Shown here: positions 31,509 to 41,519 of the stretch, piece after piece
Layout: each line of letters starts with the position of its first letter
Numbering within the stretch: the first letter of the stretch is position 1
Source of the DNA: Desulfomonilia bacterium
Lineage (GTDB): Bacteria; Desulfobacterota; Desulfomonilia; UBA1062
DNA: 64,000 nt
Reading direction: 5' to 3'
NCBI GenBank assembly: GCA_963664325.2
Contig: CAXXDQ010000003.1
Coordinates: forward strand, 1,078,563 to 1,142,562
The notes under the pieces: generated by a model
Seen by the model: the letters and a program-made list of their open reading frames with translations, nothing else
What the model was told of the DNA's origin: nothing
Databases searched by the model: none
Position numbers and translations under genes: made by a program

Positions 31509-34500
31509 GTGATTCAAATGATAATCAAAAAAACATTGGCGGTATTGTTTTTGGCGACAGGATTGATATTGCCGCAGGTCAGCCTTGCCGATGATACGGT
31601 AATATTCGGAGGGGAGGCTGTTAACCTTGCTCCTAACATACTTATTGTTTTCGATAATTCTGGAAGTATGGGGGATTATATTGATGTGCAGGTAACGCAA
31701 CAGCCATATGATCCGACAATAACGTATTCGAATCAAGGCTATGATCCTCACTATGTTTACTATGATTATAACAATCACGGATATTGGGTAGACTGGATAT
31801 ATATAGGTTCCGATCATGAGGTCGATTCAAATGAGATAGTCTGTGAAGCTGTAAGGAATGCGTTGAACACGGGGGGTGTCTACGGGCCTGTACAGTTATG
31901 TGAATCAGGCAGAAGTACCTGCCAGTATTATCCCTGCGGTTCCTGTTCCTCGTATGGTAATGCCTGCAGGAACGGTACTACTGTTAACAGGACTCTTGCT
32001 ACTGGAAATTACCTCAACTGGCTTAATCAACCCGATACCGTATCGAGAAGAAAAATCGATATTGCCAAAGACACCATATGGGAAGTGATTAAAACAACAC
32101 CCGGCGTCAGATGGGGGATAATGGTTTTTAATTCACCTGCTTACAATAGTGATAACTCGCAGGGCGGCCATGTGGAAATCCCGGTCAAGGACAGGGGGAG
32201 GGGGTCCTATGTGAATTCATGGCCGTACCCGAATGAACCGGACTCCACAACATGCTCGAACGGCAATGCCGACTGCAACTACACAAGAAATCAGATGATC
32301 ACCGAACTTAAAAACGTAATATATGCCCAGTCAGCGAGTACATGGACGCCGCTTGCGGAAACGCTTGCAGAGGCAGGTCTTTATTATGCGGGTGCAGCTC
32401 CGCACTTCGGGACAAACAGCGCTGCAGGGGCAATGAATGGGAGTGTTTATAGAACACCCATTGATTACAGGTGCCGGTCAAACAACGTCATTATCATTAC
32501 TGATGGTCAGCCTACAACTGACCGGGATCCATTTATAATAAGCCAAAATTATCTCTTTGGTGAAACCATAGGTGATGCCGACCAGGATGGAAGGAATGAG
32601 TTATACGGATATTCCACCTCAAACAGCGACACCTACTATGGCAGCGATTATCTTGATGACGTTGCATATTACCTTTATCATAAAGATCTGATAAGAAGCG
32701 GGAATGATGCTTCAGGGAATCCCTTCGGTAATTATGACCCGAACAATCCCGAGAGGATCCTGCTGCAGAATGTGGTTACATATACTATCGGATTTAACAT
32801 CCATACCGATCTCCTTCAGCGTACTGCAGATGACGGGCAGGGTGTCGGAGCGGGTCTGGGGAGTTATTTTACCACTGAAGCTACAGGCGGCCAGGGTGTG
32901 AACCTCGCCACTGCAATAAGAAGAATAGTCGGGGAAATACAGGAAAGGAACGCAAACTATGTCACCCCGGTGGTTCCTGTAAGCCGCTCGAACCGGACTT
33001 ATGCCGATAATGCGGTATATATGGCATTTTTCTCCCCAAGCGATAAAACCCCGGGTTTCTGGAGGGGCAACCTAAAAAAGTATGGTCTGGATTCGAATGC
33101 CATGCTTCTTGACAGGACCGGAATACCTGCAACCGATACTACTACAGGACGCATCCTGGATAGCTCACATTCATACTGGTGGTACAACGGAAATGCCGAA
33201 GGTGTAGATGTAACTGTAGGCGGGGTCGGGAACAGGCTGCTTGACGGGAATATAACCCGGAGGTTTTACACTAATAGAGCAGGAGGAATAATTAGTTTTT
33301 CGAATACCACCATATCGGCAACAGACCTGGGATTGTTACTTGATACAGAAAGGGACGACCTCATAAACTATTTGACTGCTTCCGGAGTATATTCTCCCAC
33401 GAGTACTGATGCGAGATATAAAAGATCATGGGTGCTCGGAGATATCCTTCACTCAAGGCCGGCCGTGCTGTATGACTACGACAGGAATGTAAATGCACTC
33501 TTTGCAGGGTCTAATGACGGATTTCTGCACTGTTTTGTGGATACTCCCGGAAGCGCAGGTTGGCCCAACACGGACACGGTTACGGAAAAATGGGCATATA
33601 CCCCGTATGATTTGTTAACGAACCTCAAAACAATACCATCTTTAAAAACGACAATGCTTATAACCGGCGACAATGAGCATGACATCTTCGTTGACGGTTC
33701 ACCAATCGTGTATAAGGCCGCCAACAACAGCAATTATGTGGCTTTCGGCCTGAGGCGAGGAGGATCAAAGTATTATTCGCTCAGGCTGACTGCAAATGAT
33801 GAGAACTACACGCCGATCTGGGCCTGGGATTCTGACAACTACATTTCCAGCCTTGGCGAGCCGATGGGCCAGTCGTGGTCGACACCGCTTTTCTGCAAAA
33901 TCAAAACAACGTCTACGGACACTACAGGGCAGGAAGTTCTTCTGCTGGCCGGCGGGTATGATACAAATCAGGACCTTGGAACACCGGCAGCACTGGATAC
34001 TTCAGGAAGGGCTATTTATGCGGTACAAGCGCAAACAGGACTTCTTACAACTGCTAATTTGCGTTTTACATATGCCAACACAAACTCGATCAGGAATTGC
34101 ATAGTCGACCTCATTTCTTATGACGGCAATGATGACGGGTTCGAAGATGTTATCTATGCAGGCACACTGGGTGGTGATCTGTTTGCATTTACCGACAAGG
34201 AAAATAACGGAAGCGGCGGATATGGCGATGGGACCTGGAGTTCTAGCCTGATTTTCCATGCGGCATCCGATGACGGCACTACTACGAAAAACAAAAAGTT
34301 TTTCTACTCTCCGGGTATTGCTCAGGAATCATGGGGAGATTGGGTGTTCATAGGTTCTGGAAACAGGGAAGACCCTTTGGACGACCTGCCTGAAGGTGTG
34401 AGATCAAATGATTATATTTATGCCGTAAAGAATACATGGAGCGGAACCACTATTCAGGATAGCGATCTTTATGATGTTACGTCGGACCTGCTGCAGGATG

Positions 34501-34934
34501 GGACTACTCAACAAAAACAGGATGTCACTGCACAGCTTGCTTCGAACACATACAAGGGGTGGAAGATATTGCTGGAAAATGCAGGGGAAAAGGTCACATC
34601 TTCACCCCTGGTATATAATAAGGTCGTATATTTCACAACGTTCGAACCCAGCATAGCGCAAAATACAGATCCGTGCACGTCAGCAGGTTCAGGCACTGCA
34701 AGGCTGTATGCACTTGATTACAGCAACGGTAATGCAGCTTTTGGTGCGCATAAGGCCAACAGGAGCATACTGCTTGGCGGCGGTATGCCTTCTCAGCCTA
34801 TTGTAATTGTGACGCAGGCCGACAGCAGCGGCCCGGGAGGGACATTTGTAGGTGTGACCATGGAAGGCGGATGGTTGGCCCCTCAGGCAGGCGGAATAAG
34901 AAATATCCACAAATACTACTGGCGGCTGCAATAA
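31509..34934 (+). CDS. pilY1: PilY1-like pilus tip adhesin with an N-terminal von Willebrand A domain
   Basis: 1141 aa with a signal peptide. vWA MIDAS motif ILIVFDNSGSM. Large C-terminal region and a position after pilW/V/X fit PilY1/PilC-family proteins. Confidence 0.75.
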   Translation: MIQMIIKKTLAVLFLATGLILPQVSLADDTVIFGGEAVNLAPNILIVFDNSGSMGDYIDVQVTQQPYDPTITYSNQGYDPHYVYYDYNNHGYWVDWIYIGSDHEVDSNEIVCEAVRNALNTGGVYGPVQLCESGRSTCQYYPCGSCSSYGNACRNGTTVNRTLATGNYLNWLNQPDTVSRRKIDIAKDTIWEVIKTTPGVRWGIMVFNSPAYNSDNSQGGHVEIPVKDRGRGSYVNSWPYPNEPDSTTCSNGNADCNYTRNQMITELKNVIYAQSASTWTPLAETLAEAGLYYAGAAPHFGTNSAAGAMNGSVYRTPIDYRCRSNNVIIITDGQPTTDRDPFIISQNYLFGETIGDADQDGRNELYGYSTSNSDTYYGSDYLDDVAYYLYHKDLIRSGNDASGNPFGNYDPNNPERILLQNVVTYTIGFNIHTDLLQRTADDGQGVGAGLGSYFTTEATGGQGVNLATAIRRIVGEIQERNANYVTPVVPVSRSNRTYADNAVYMAFFSPSDKTPGFWRGNLKKYGLDSNAMLLDRTGIPATDTTTGRILDSSHSYWWYNGNAEGVDVTVGGVGNRLLDGNITRRFYTNRAGGIISFSNTTISATDLGLLLDTERDDLINYLTASGVYSPTSTDARYKRSWVLGDILHSRPAVLYDYDRNVNALFAGSNDGFLHCFVDTPGSAGWPNTDTVTEKWAYTPYDLLTNLKTIPSLKTTMLITGDNEHDIFVDGSPIVYKAANNSNYVAFGLRRGGSKYYSLRLTANDENYTPIWAWDSDNYISSLGEPMGQSWSTPLFCKIKTTSTDTTGQEVLLLAGGYDTNQDLGTPAALDTSGRAIYAVQAQTGLLTTANLRFTYANTNSIRNCIVDLISYDGNDDGFEDVIYAGTLGGDLFAFTDKENNGSGGYGDGTWSSSLIFHAASDDGTTTKNKKFFYSPGIAQESWGDWVFIGSGNREDPLDDLPEGVRSNDYIYAVKNTWSGTTIQDSDLYDVTSDLLQDGTTQQKQDVTAQLASNTYKGWKILLENAGEKVTSSPLVYNKVVYFTTFEPSIAQNTDPCTSAGSGTARLYALDYSNGNAAFGAHKANRSILLGGGMPSQPIVIVTQADSSGPGGTFVGVTMEGGWLAPQAGGIRNIHKYYWRLQ

Positions 34935-34943
34935 GGAGTAAAT

Positions 34944-35381
34944 ATGAAAAACATTATAAATGGGAAAATAATTTTACTGGAGAAAATAATAATACTTATC
35001 TTTATTTTCTCAATACCTCACTCAGTATATGCCGATCCTTTAAGTTATGCGCTTGAATCATGGGACCCGGTCGGCGTATGCGGCAGTATAATGGAACCAG
35101 GCAGGGACTATATTATAGTCAATGAAAAGAAGATTCTTATCATAAATGAAAAAAGACAGGGAAAAATTATTAAAACCTCCATCATGGATATGGAAGATAA
35201 GCAGCTTGGCGTAGAGGCCTTGAAAAAAGGGGTTTATGTGGCAATAAATGGTGCCAAGGCTATGGACAAAGACCAGCAGGCCGTTATTGTCGCGAAAGAG
35301 ATTTATGTGCTGCCCAAACCCATGTCAGATAAGGAGATGAGAAAATATCCGAAACTTCAGAAACCGGTTGAATCCTGGTAA
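34944..35381 (+). CDS. Small secreted hypothetical protein, last gene of the pilus operon
   Basis: 145 aa. Signal-like N-terminus (IIILIFIFSIPHSVYA/DP). 9 nt after the pilY1 stop and followed by a strong terminator. Confidence 0.55.
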   Translation: MKNIINGKIILLEKIIILIFIFSIPHSVYADPLSYALESWDPVGVCGSIMEPGRDYIIVNEKKILIINEKRQGKIIKTSIMDMEDKQLGVEALKKGVYVAINGAKAMDKDQQAVIVAKEIYVLPKPMSDKEMRKYPKLQKPVESW

Positions 35382-35409
35382 AGAGTTCAGCCATGTTAAT
35401 GAATAAAAG

Positions 35410-35437
35410 AACGTCCGGTTTATCCGGACGTTTTTTT
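35410..35437 (+). terminator. Rho-independent terminator of the comEC/pilus operon
   Basis: AACGTCCGG-TTTAT-CCGGACGTT gives a perfect 9-bp stem followed by a T run. Confidence 0.8.
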
Positions 35438-35461
35438 ATAATATCTGAAAGGGATTAAACT

Positions 35462-36235
35462 TTGGCATTTTATCTTAAAAGAGCAGCCGGAATGGTTTTC
35501 GATCCTTTAAGCTTGAGTATCATTCTTCTGGCAGCGGGTGTGCTCATTATTATTGCTTTAAAAAGGAAACAGCGTCTGGGGAAGTGGCTTATTGCGGCAG
35601 CTTTCGTTATCCTCATGCTGGCTTCATCCGGGATTACTTCAGTATACTTGCTATCCGGGCTGGAAAACGCCTACCCTGTTTTCAAGCCTGACAAAGAAAA
35701 CACCCGCGGCATAAAATGGATTGTCATCCTAGGAGGAGGCAAAAATACCTGTCCTGATGTGCCTGTATCGGGGAGGCTTGATCAGGAGGCACTTCAGAGG
35801 CTGGTAGAAGGCATATATATTTCAAGAAGGGTTCCGGCTGCCCGGATTATCCTCTCTGGTGGAATACCTGAAAACGGAATGAGCAATTCCAAGGCTTATG
35901 AAATAACAGCTGTTACGCTCGGGATAGACAAATCCAGAATCGTTATGGAGGAAAGGCCGAGAGATACATTTGAGGAAGCAGTTAAAATCAGGGAAACAGT
36001 CAAAAGAGACAGGTTTATCCTGGTAACATCCGCCTATCACATGAAGAGGGCAATGGCGCTGTTCAAAAAACAGGGGATGCATCCCGTTCCAGCACCTGCA
36101 GGTCATTTAACGGGTGACTGTTTTCATTTTAAACCTGAGAACATCCTTTTTAGTTCAAGAAATATCCAGAATTCTTCCAGGGCAGTACATGAACTGCTTG
36201 GTATTCTATATTCGAAAATAACAGGACAGATATAA
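35462..36235 (+). CDS. YdcF/ElyC family (DUF218) protein
   Basis: 257 aa. Two N-terminal TM helices and the DUF218 hallmark FILVTSAYHMKRA. The start (TTG at 35462 or ATG at 35492) is uncertain. Confidence 0.7.
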   Translation: MAFYLKRAAGMVFDPLSLSIILLAAGVLIIIALKRKQRLGKWLIAAAFVILMLASSGITSVYLLSGLENAYPVFKPDKENTRGIKWIVILGGGKNTCPDVPVSGRLDQEALQRLVEGIYISRRVPAARIILSGGIPENGMSNSKAYEITAVTLGIDKSRIVMEERPRDTFEEAVKIRETVKRDRFILVTSAYHMKRAMALFKKQGMHPVPAPAGHLTGDCFHFKPENILFSSRNIQNSSRAVHELLGILYSKITGQI

Positions 36236-36286
36236 GTTCTTGTACGATTTTGTATTTTTCTATATTTGAGAATTATGGAGGAACAA

Positions 36287-38413
36287 ATGTCAGATAATCC
36301 ACTACATAAAATCATGTCCCCTGAATCGATAGCAATTACCGGTGCAAGCAATAATCCTTCTAAAATGGGAACGATCCAATGCATGAATCTTCTGAACAGC
36401 GGTTTTCCTGGCGAAGTAATGCCCATACACCCCAAGGAAAAAAACGTACTCGGGAGAAGGGCATACCAGAATATCAGCGACCTTCCCTATGCACCGGAAC
36501 TGGCAATACTTGTGGTTCCAACCGGTCTTGTCGCAGACATGCTGGAGGAGTTTGGGAAAAAAGGGACAAAGCATGCAGTTATTATCTCGGCAGGTTTCAG
36601 GGAAACGGGCTCGACAGGAAAACAGCTTGAAGAAAGGATAAAGGCAATAGCGGCCAGATATTCGATGCGTTTTCTCGGACCCAACTGCCTGGGCATAATT
36701 AATACATGGCTTCCGCTGAACATCACGGTGGTGCCTGTCGGTAACAGCAAGGGCAGTTACAGCCTTGCATCCCAGAGTGGCACCTATGTAGCGCAGGTTC
36801 TGCCATATCTGAGAAAGCACGGGATCGCCATAAACAAGTCGATAAGCGTAGGGAACGAGGCGAACATAGACCTGGTTGATTGTCTTGAGTATCTGGGTGA
36901 AGATAAAACGACAAAGGCTATCGGATTATATATTGAAGGGATCAGAAGGCCGGAAAGGTTCCTTGAAACAGCCCGCAGGGTTGCAAGAAAAAAACCGATA
37001 ATCGCACAGTATGTCGGTGGTACGGAAGCGGGTGCCAGATCGGGTTCAAGCCATACTGGAGCAATGGCCGGGCCTGATTATATATATGATGCCCTTTTCG
37101 AACAGGCCGGTATCATCAGGGTTGATACAATAGAAGAGGTCTATAAAACGGGCTGGACTCTGGCGGCACAACCGGGTCTGAAGGGGAAAAAGATCGCAAT
37201 CCTTACAAACTCGGGGGGGCCGGGGACTTCAATTGCCAATACCTGCAACAGAGAAGGGCTTGAGGTACCGGAATTTTCAAAAGAACTTCAGCACAAAGTT
37301 GCAAAATTCATTCCCGGACATGCAAGTCCAAGAAACCCTGTTGACCTTACATTTCATATTGATATGAACACATTGACCAGGGATATACCGGATGCTCTAT
37401 ATTCTTCCGGCGAGATTGACGGGCTCATACTGCACGGTATTATGGATACGGGTTTCATGAAGGAACTGTATCCGATGTTAAAACCGATGATCAATATTTC
37501 ACTGCAAGACTTTTTGAAATCCGCAGAGATTGATCTGAACGCCCTTGTTTCAATGCCGTTCAGCTATAAAAAGCCTCTTCTGATATCGTCATTTTTCGAT
37601 GATGAGGACCATGCAACAAGGGTGTTTAATCAAAACAGGATTCCGGTATTCGACTCGCCTGAAAAGGCGGCTAAGGCTATGGGTGCCATAGCAAAATACT
37701 GGCTTGAAATAAGAAAGAGGGCGCTTCCTAAAATTATCAATAAACAGATTCCGGCCAAGGCTGAAAAGATACTTGGTTCTACAAAGGTTCTGAATGAACA
37801 TGAATCAAAACTCCTGCTCGCAGCCTATGGAATACCGGTAAGCAACGAGGGTCTGGCAAAGGACCTTGAAAATGCGGTGCGGCTTGCGGAACGTATCGGC
37901 TATCCGGTCGCAGTGAAGGCATGCTCGGCCGATATTCAGCACAAGACGGAAAGGGGTCTTGTATATCTTGGTATTAATGACAGGTCGTCTCTGGAAAAGG
38001 CTTTCAGGGAAATCAGGAAAAAAGAAAAGAATGTGCCGGTGCTAGTTGCTGAAATGCTTAAAGGGGAAAGGGAATTCATGGCCGGCATCGTAAGACACCC
38101 TGGATTTCCGCCATGTGTCGTTTTCGGGCTTGGAGGCATATACACCGAGGCCTTAAAGGATATTTCCATCAGGCTGGCCCCTATCAGCCATGATGAAGCA
38201 ATCACGATGATTAACAGCATTTCAGCCGTTACGCTTCTGGGGTCGATTAGAGGTATGACAAAAGCGAATAAGGATAAAGTTGCGGACATACTTGTTAATC
38301 TCAGCAGGCTTGCAACGGATTTTCCTGGAATAAAGGAAATTGATATTAATCCTTTGATTATTGATGAAAACGGCAATCCAAACGCTGCAGATGCGCTTAT
38401 AATAAAAGGTTAG
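36287..38413 (+). CDS. Acetate--CoA ligase (ADP-forming) / NDP-forming acyl-CoA synthetase
   Basis: CoA-binding N-terminus SIAITGASNNPSKMG, a succinyl-CoA-synthetase-like middle region and a C-terminal ATP-grasp (LNEHESKLLLAAYGIPV...YPVAVKA). GGAGGA precedes the ATG at 36287. Confidence 0.8.
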   Translation: MSDNPLHKIMSPESIAITGASNNPSKMGTIQCMNLLNSGFPGEVMPIHPKEKNVLGRRAYQNISDLPYAPELAILVVPTGLVADMLEEFGKKGTKHAVIISAGFRETGSTGKQLEERIKAIAARYSMRFLGPNCLGIINTWLPLNITVVPVGNSKGSYSLASQSGTYVAQVLPYLRKHGIAINKSISVGNEANIDLVDCLEYLGEDKTTKAIGLYIEGIRRPERFLETARRVARKKPIIAQYVGGTEAGARSGSSHTGAMAGPDYIYDALFEQAGIIRVDTIEEVYKTGWTLAAQPGLKGKKIAILTNSGGPGTSIANTCNREGLEVPEFSKELQHKVAKFIPGHASPRNPVDLTFHIDMNTLTRDIPDALYSSGEIDGLILHGIMDTGFMKELYPMLKPMINISLQDFLKSAEIDLNALVSMPFSYKKPLLISSFFDDEDHATRVFNQNRIPVFDSPEKAAKAMGAIAKYWLEIRKRALPKIINKQIPAKAEKILGSTKVLNEHESKLLLAAYGIPVSNEGLAKDLENAVRLAERIGYPVAVKACSADIQHKTERGLVYLGINDRSSLEKAFREIRKKEKNVPVLVAEMLKGEREFMAGIVRHPGFPPCVVFGLGGIYTEALKDISIRLAPISHDEAITMINSISAVTLLGSIRGMTKANKDKVADILVNLSRLATDFPGIKEIDINPLIIDENGNPNAADALIIKG

Positions 38414-38421
38414 GAGGGTAT

Positions 38422-38817
38422 ATGTGCAAGTTTTCAATAGATGAAATGATTGGACAATATCCGGAAAAAAACAAACTTCCCTGTGCGGCTGCACATTTGA
38501 TAGCAGTCCTGGCCGAAAAATCACCAATGGACGTGGGAAAGGCCGCGAATGGCTTGAATGTTGAACTGACATATTGCCAGCTCGGTCTTTTCGGCTATGG
38601 AAGGAAACGTAAATCATCTTATAAAATCCTTGGAAGACCTGTTGAAATCGAGAAGATAATTCTGGATAAAATTAAGGCTGAAAGCTTGGAAGGAAAGATT
38701 ATGTGTTCCGCATTATGGCTGATTGCAGATTCCTGCGGGATAAGCAGGGCGGAAGCAGGAAATGCAGCGGACTCTCTAGGATTGAAGATTAAAGGATGTC
38801 AGCTAGGGGCTTTTTAG
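38422..38817 (+). CDS. Hypothetical small protein with an internal duplication of a ~38-aa C...CQLGxF module
   Basis: 131 aa, starting 8 nt after the synthetase stop. PCAAAHLIAVLAEKSPMDVGKAANGLNVELTYCQLGLF aligns without gaps to MCSALWLIADSCGISRAEAGNAADSLGLKIKGCQLGAF. Confidence 0.6.
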   Translation: MCKFSIDEMIGQYPEKNKLPCAAAHLIAVLAEKSPMDVGKAANGLNVELTYCQLGLFGYGRKRKSSYKILGRPVEIEKIILDKIKAESLEGKIMCSALWLIADSCGISRAEAGNAADSLGLKIKGCQLGAF

Positions 38818-38909
38818 CCGGTTATGCGATCTTCACAAACAGATAGTGAAGTGATAAAGCATTTTTTGTTGGCACTTCTCTTTTTAAATAATTGGTAAAG
38901 GAGGGTGTG

Positions 38910-39530
38910 ATGTCCCTGACAATATCATGGCTCGGCCATGCCAGCGTGCTTGTTTCTGACGGAAATCTTAACGTATACTTTGACCCTTGGATGCTGAACG
39001 GCAACTTTCCGCCTGCGGATATAATAATTGTTACACATGAGCATCACGATCATTACAGTGAACCGGATATCAGAGTTGTTTCAAAACCTGGCGTAAGGGT
39101 TGTTGCTCCGATGAAAATGACCATGGTTACTGATATAGTGAAACCGGGCGATAAGGTTTTAATAAGCGGGATAGAGATTATGGCAATTCCGGCCTATAAT
39201 ATCGGGAAGGCTTTTCATCCTAAAAATAATGGCTGGGCAGGGTATATAATCAATATGGACGGGAAAAAGATATATCATACTGGTGATACCGACAGAATAC
39301 CGGAAATGATGGATATAAAAGTAGACATAGCTTTCATGCCTTCAGGAGGCACTTTTACTATGACACCAAGCGAGGCGGCCTTAGCCGTTCTTGATGTAGG
39401 GGCTAAAGTTGCCATACCAATACACTGGGGTGACATTGTGGGTTCGTTGGAGGATGCACAGGAATTCAAGAAACTTGCAGGGTGTGAAGTATATCTGCTT
39501 AAAAAGAATGAATCCCTAACCCTGGATTAG
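38910..39530 (+). CDS. MBL-fold metallo-hydrolase
   Basis: HEHHDHY (HxHxDH) motif. AGGAGG precedes the ATG at 38910; the ORF track starts at 38892. Confidence 0.8.
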   Translation: MSLTISWLGHASVLVSDGNLNVYFDPWMLNGNFPPADIIIVTHEHHDHYSEPDIRVVSKPGVRVVAPMKMTMVTDIVKPGDKVLISGIEIMAIPAYNIGKAFHPKNNGWAGYIINMDGKKIYHTGDTDRIPEMMDIKVDIAFMPSGGTFTMTPSEAALAVLDVGAKVAIPIHWGDIVGSLEDAQEFKKLAGCEVYLLKKNESLTLD

Positions 39531-39534
39531 CTAG

Positions 39535-41472
39535 ATGGAAAATGACGTTATCAGCCTGAACAGGGTTTTTGAGAATGCCCCGTTCGGTGTCTGTGCCTTT
39601 GATCCCGAGGGAAGAATCGCCTATGTGAATTCAAAATTCAGTTCGGATGTATCGAGAACCAGAGAAGACCTGCTTGGATCAATTATTTTTGAGAGATTGC
39701 CCAGACTTGAACTCGATGATGAGCTTACCAGGAACATCAGAGATCTTGTAGATAATAAGACGCCTTTTTCAATAATAATTGAGACTTTCAGTTCTCCAAA
39801 GTTAAGCGAATCAGGTGTTTTCCAAATTACAGGGCACTTTATCGATCCATACTATATAATTACAAATCATCTGCTGGGGCATGGTCTGGAGCAGGACAGG
39901 CGGTTTAGAGACCTTATACTCGATGCCCCAGATGTCATCATACTGCTTAACAAAGGTATAATAAGTTTCTGTAATAAGGCTTTCACCGACATGCTTGGCA
40001 TTCCGATATCCGACGTTATTGGAAAAGATTTTTCCGAGTTCGTCAAACTCGGCGAGGAGAATAATTTAGTTCAGACTGGTAACAATGGCACGGTTGCGTT
40101 TTCAGTTCAAATCACCCTTGACACCTCTTCAGGGAAAAAAATACTGGATGGCCGTTTCCATTCTGTTGACAATAGCCAAGGCATGTCCCTGGCCGTTCTG
40201 AGAGATGTTACCGAAAAAGTGGCGCTTGAGCAAAGGATAATAAGACAGAATGAAGACCTGTCTGCAATCAACTCTATCTCCGAGACTTTGAGTTCGTCCA
40301 TAAACATGCATGATGTGATAAGCAGGGTGTTGGAGATAGTGCTTGAAATTATGAACATCGAAACAGGTCTGGTTTTTCTGCTCAATGAAAGAACAAATAC
40401 CTTAAAATGCATCCATTCCTATGGACTGCCGGATTATATCGTTGATACACTCAAAGAGTTGAGGGTCGGTGAAGGCATTGCCGGCAGGGTTGCTGCAACA
40501 GGAGATCCGATTATTATTGAAAATGCCTCCGAGGATATAAGAATAACCTCGGTAGCCTTCAGGCGATACGGGATAAAATCGTTCGCTTCAATTCCGATAA
40601 GATCAAGGACAAGGCTTATAGGTGTAATGAATCTCGGGGCATACGGCAAACGTGATATTACCGCTGACGACAAGCAGCTTCTGTTAAGTGTGGGTTTGCA
40701 TATGGGGGCGGTGCTTGAGAATATAATTCTGTTCAACGAGATTGAAAAAACAACAGAAGACCTTAAAAGCGCCATGATGACGATCGAACACAGGAATGAA
40801 GACCTGAAAAGGCTCGTATATACAGTATCTCATGACCTTAAAAACCCGATAATTGCGATAAACGGGTTCACTACCAGGCTTTTAAAATCCATGTCTGACA
40901 GATTAAGCGAGAGAGAGATAAATTATCTTAATTCAATCAGAGAAAGCGGCCATCACATGGAAAGTTTTGTAAATGACCTGTTAAATTATTCTGCGGCAGA
41001 GAATGCCAAGCTGGAGGAAGAATCCCTTGATGTAGGAGATGTAATTGAGCGCATAATAATTGAGCTGGAACCTCAGCTGGAAGCCAAATCCGGGAAAGTG
41101 GTGATTGATGGCGATATGCCCGTTATAATATCAGACCGTGCAAGAATAATTCAGATATTTTCAAACCTGATATCGAATGCAATCAAGTATTCCCATCCTG
41201 ACCGGCAGCCCATAATCAGTATCGGCTACAGACCAAAAGCGGAGATGCATATATTCTATGTAAAGGATAATGGCATAGGAATACCGTCAGAATATCTTGA
41301 AAATGTATTCGACATGTTCTTCAGGACTTATGAAAACCTGGCTTCAGGAACGGGACTCGGCCTTTCAATTGTAAAAAAAGCCGTGAATGATATGAAAGGT
41401 GATATATGGATTGAGTCCGTGAAAAATTCCGGTTCAGTATTCTACTTTTCTCTTCCTGATAAAATAAGCTAG
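39535..41472 (+). CDS. Cytoplasmic PAS/GAF sensor histidine kinase
   Basis: 645 aa with no obvious TM segment. GAF-like region (LRVGEGIAGRVAATGDPIII), H-box VSHDLKNP and ATPase boxes NLISNAIKY, DNGIGI, GTGLGLS. Confidence 0.85.
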   Translation: MENDVISLNRVFENAPFGVCAFDPEGRIAYVNSKFSSDVSRTREDLLGSIIFERLPRLELDDELTRNIRDLVDNKTPFSIIIETFSSPKLSESGVFQITGHFIDPYYIITNHLLGHGLEQDRRFRDLILDAPDVIILLNKGIISFCNKAFTDMLGIPISDVIGKDFSEFVKLGEENNLVQTGNNGTVAFSVQITLDTSSGKKILDGRFHSVDNSQGMSLAVLRDVTEKVALEQRIIRQNEDLSAINSISETLSSSINMHDVISRVLEIVLEIMNIETGLVFLLNERTNTLKCIHSYGLPDYIVDTLKELRVGEGIAGRVAATGDPIIIENASEDIRITSVAFRRYGIKSFASIPIRSRTRLIGVMNLGAYGKRDITADDKQLLLSVGLHMGAVLENIILFNEIEKTTEDLKSAMMTIEHRNEDLKRLVYTVSHDLKNPIIAINGFTTRLLKSMSDRLSEREINYLNSIRESGHHMESFVNDLLNYSAAENAKLEEESLDVGDVIERIIIELEPQLEAKSGKVVIDGDMPVIISDRARIIQIFSNLISNAIKYSHPDRQPIISIGYRPKAEMHIFYVKDNGIGIPSEYLENVFDMFFRTYENLASGTGLGLSIVKKAVNDMKGDIWIESVKNSGSVFYFSLPDKIS

Positions 41473-41519
41473 CAAACTGATTTTATTATTTTAATAACTT
41501 CATAATATGTTCAGGTAAG

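Noticed and set aside
36302-38617. Several minus-strand ORFs (for example 36302-36820, 37936-38376, 38222-38617) inside or next to the acyl-CoA synthetase gene.
   Set aside because: They are antisense shadows of a 709-aa CDS with complete domain architecture, with no start-site signals.
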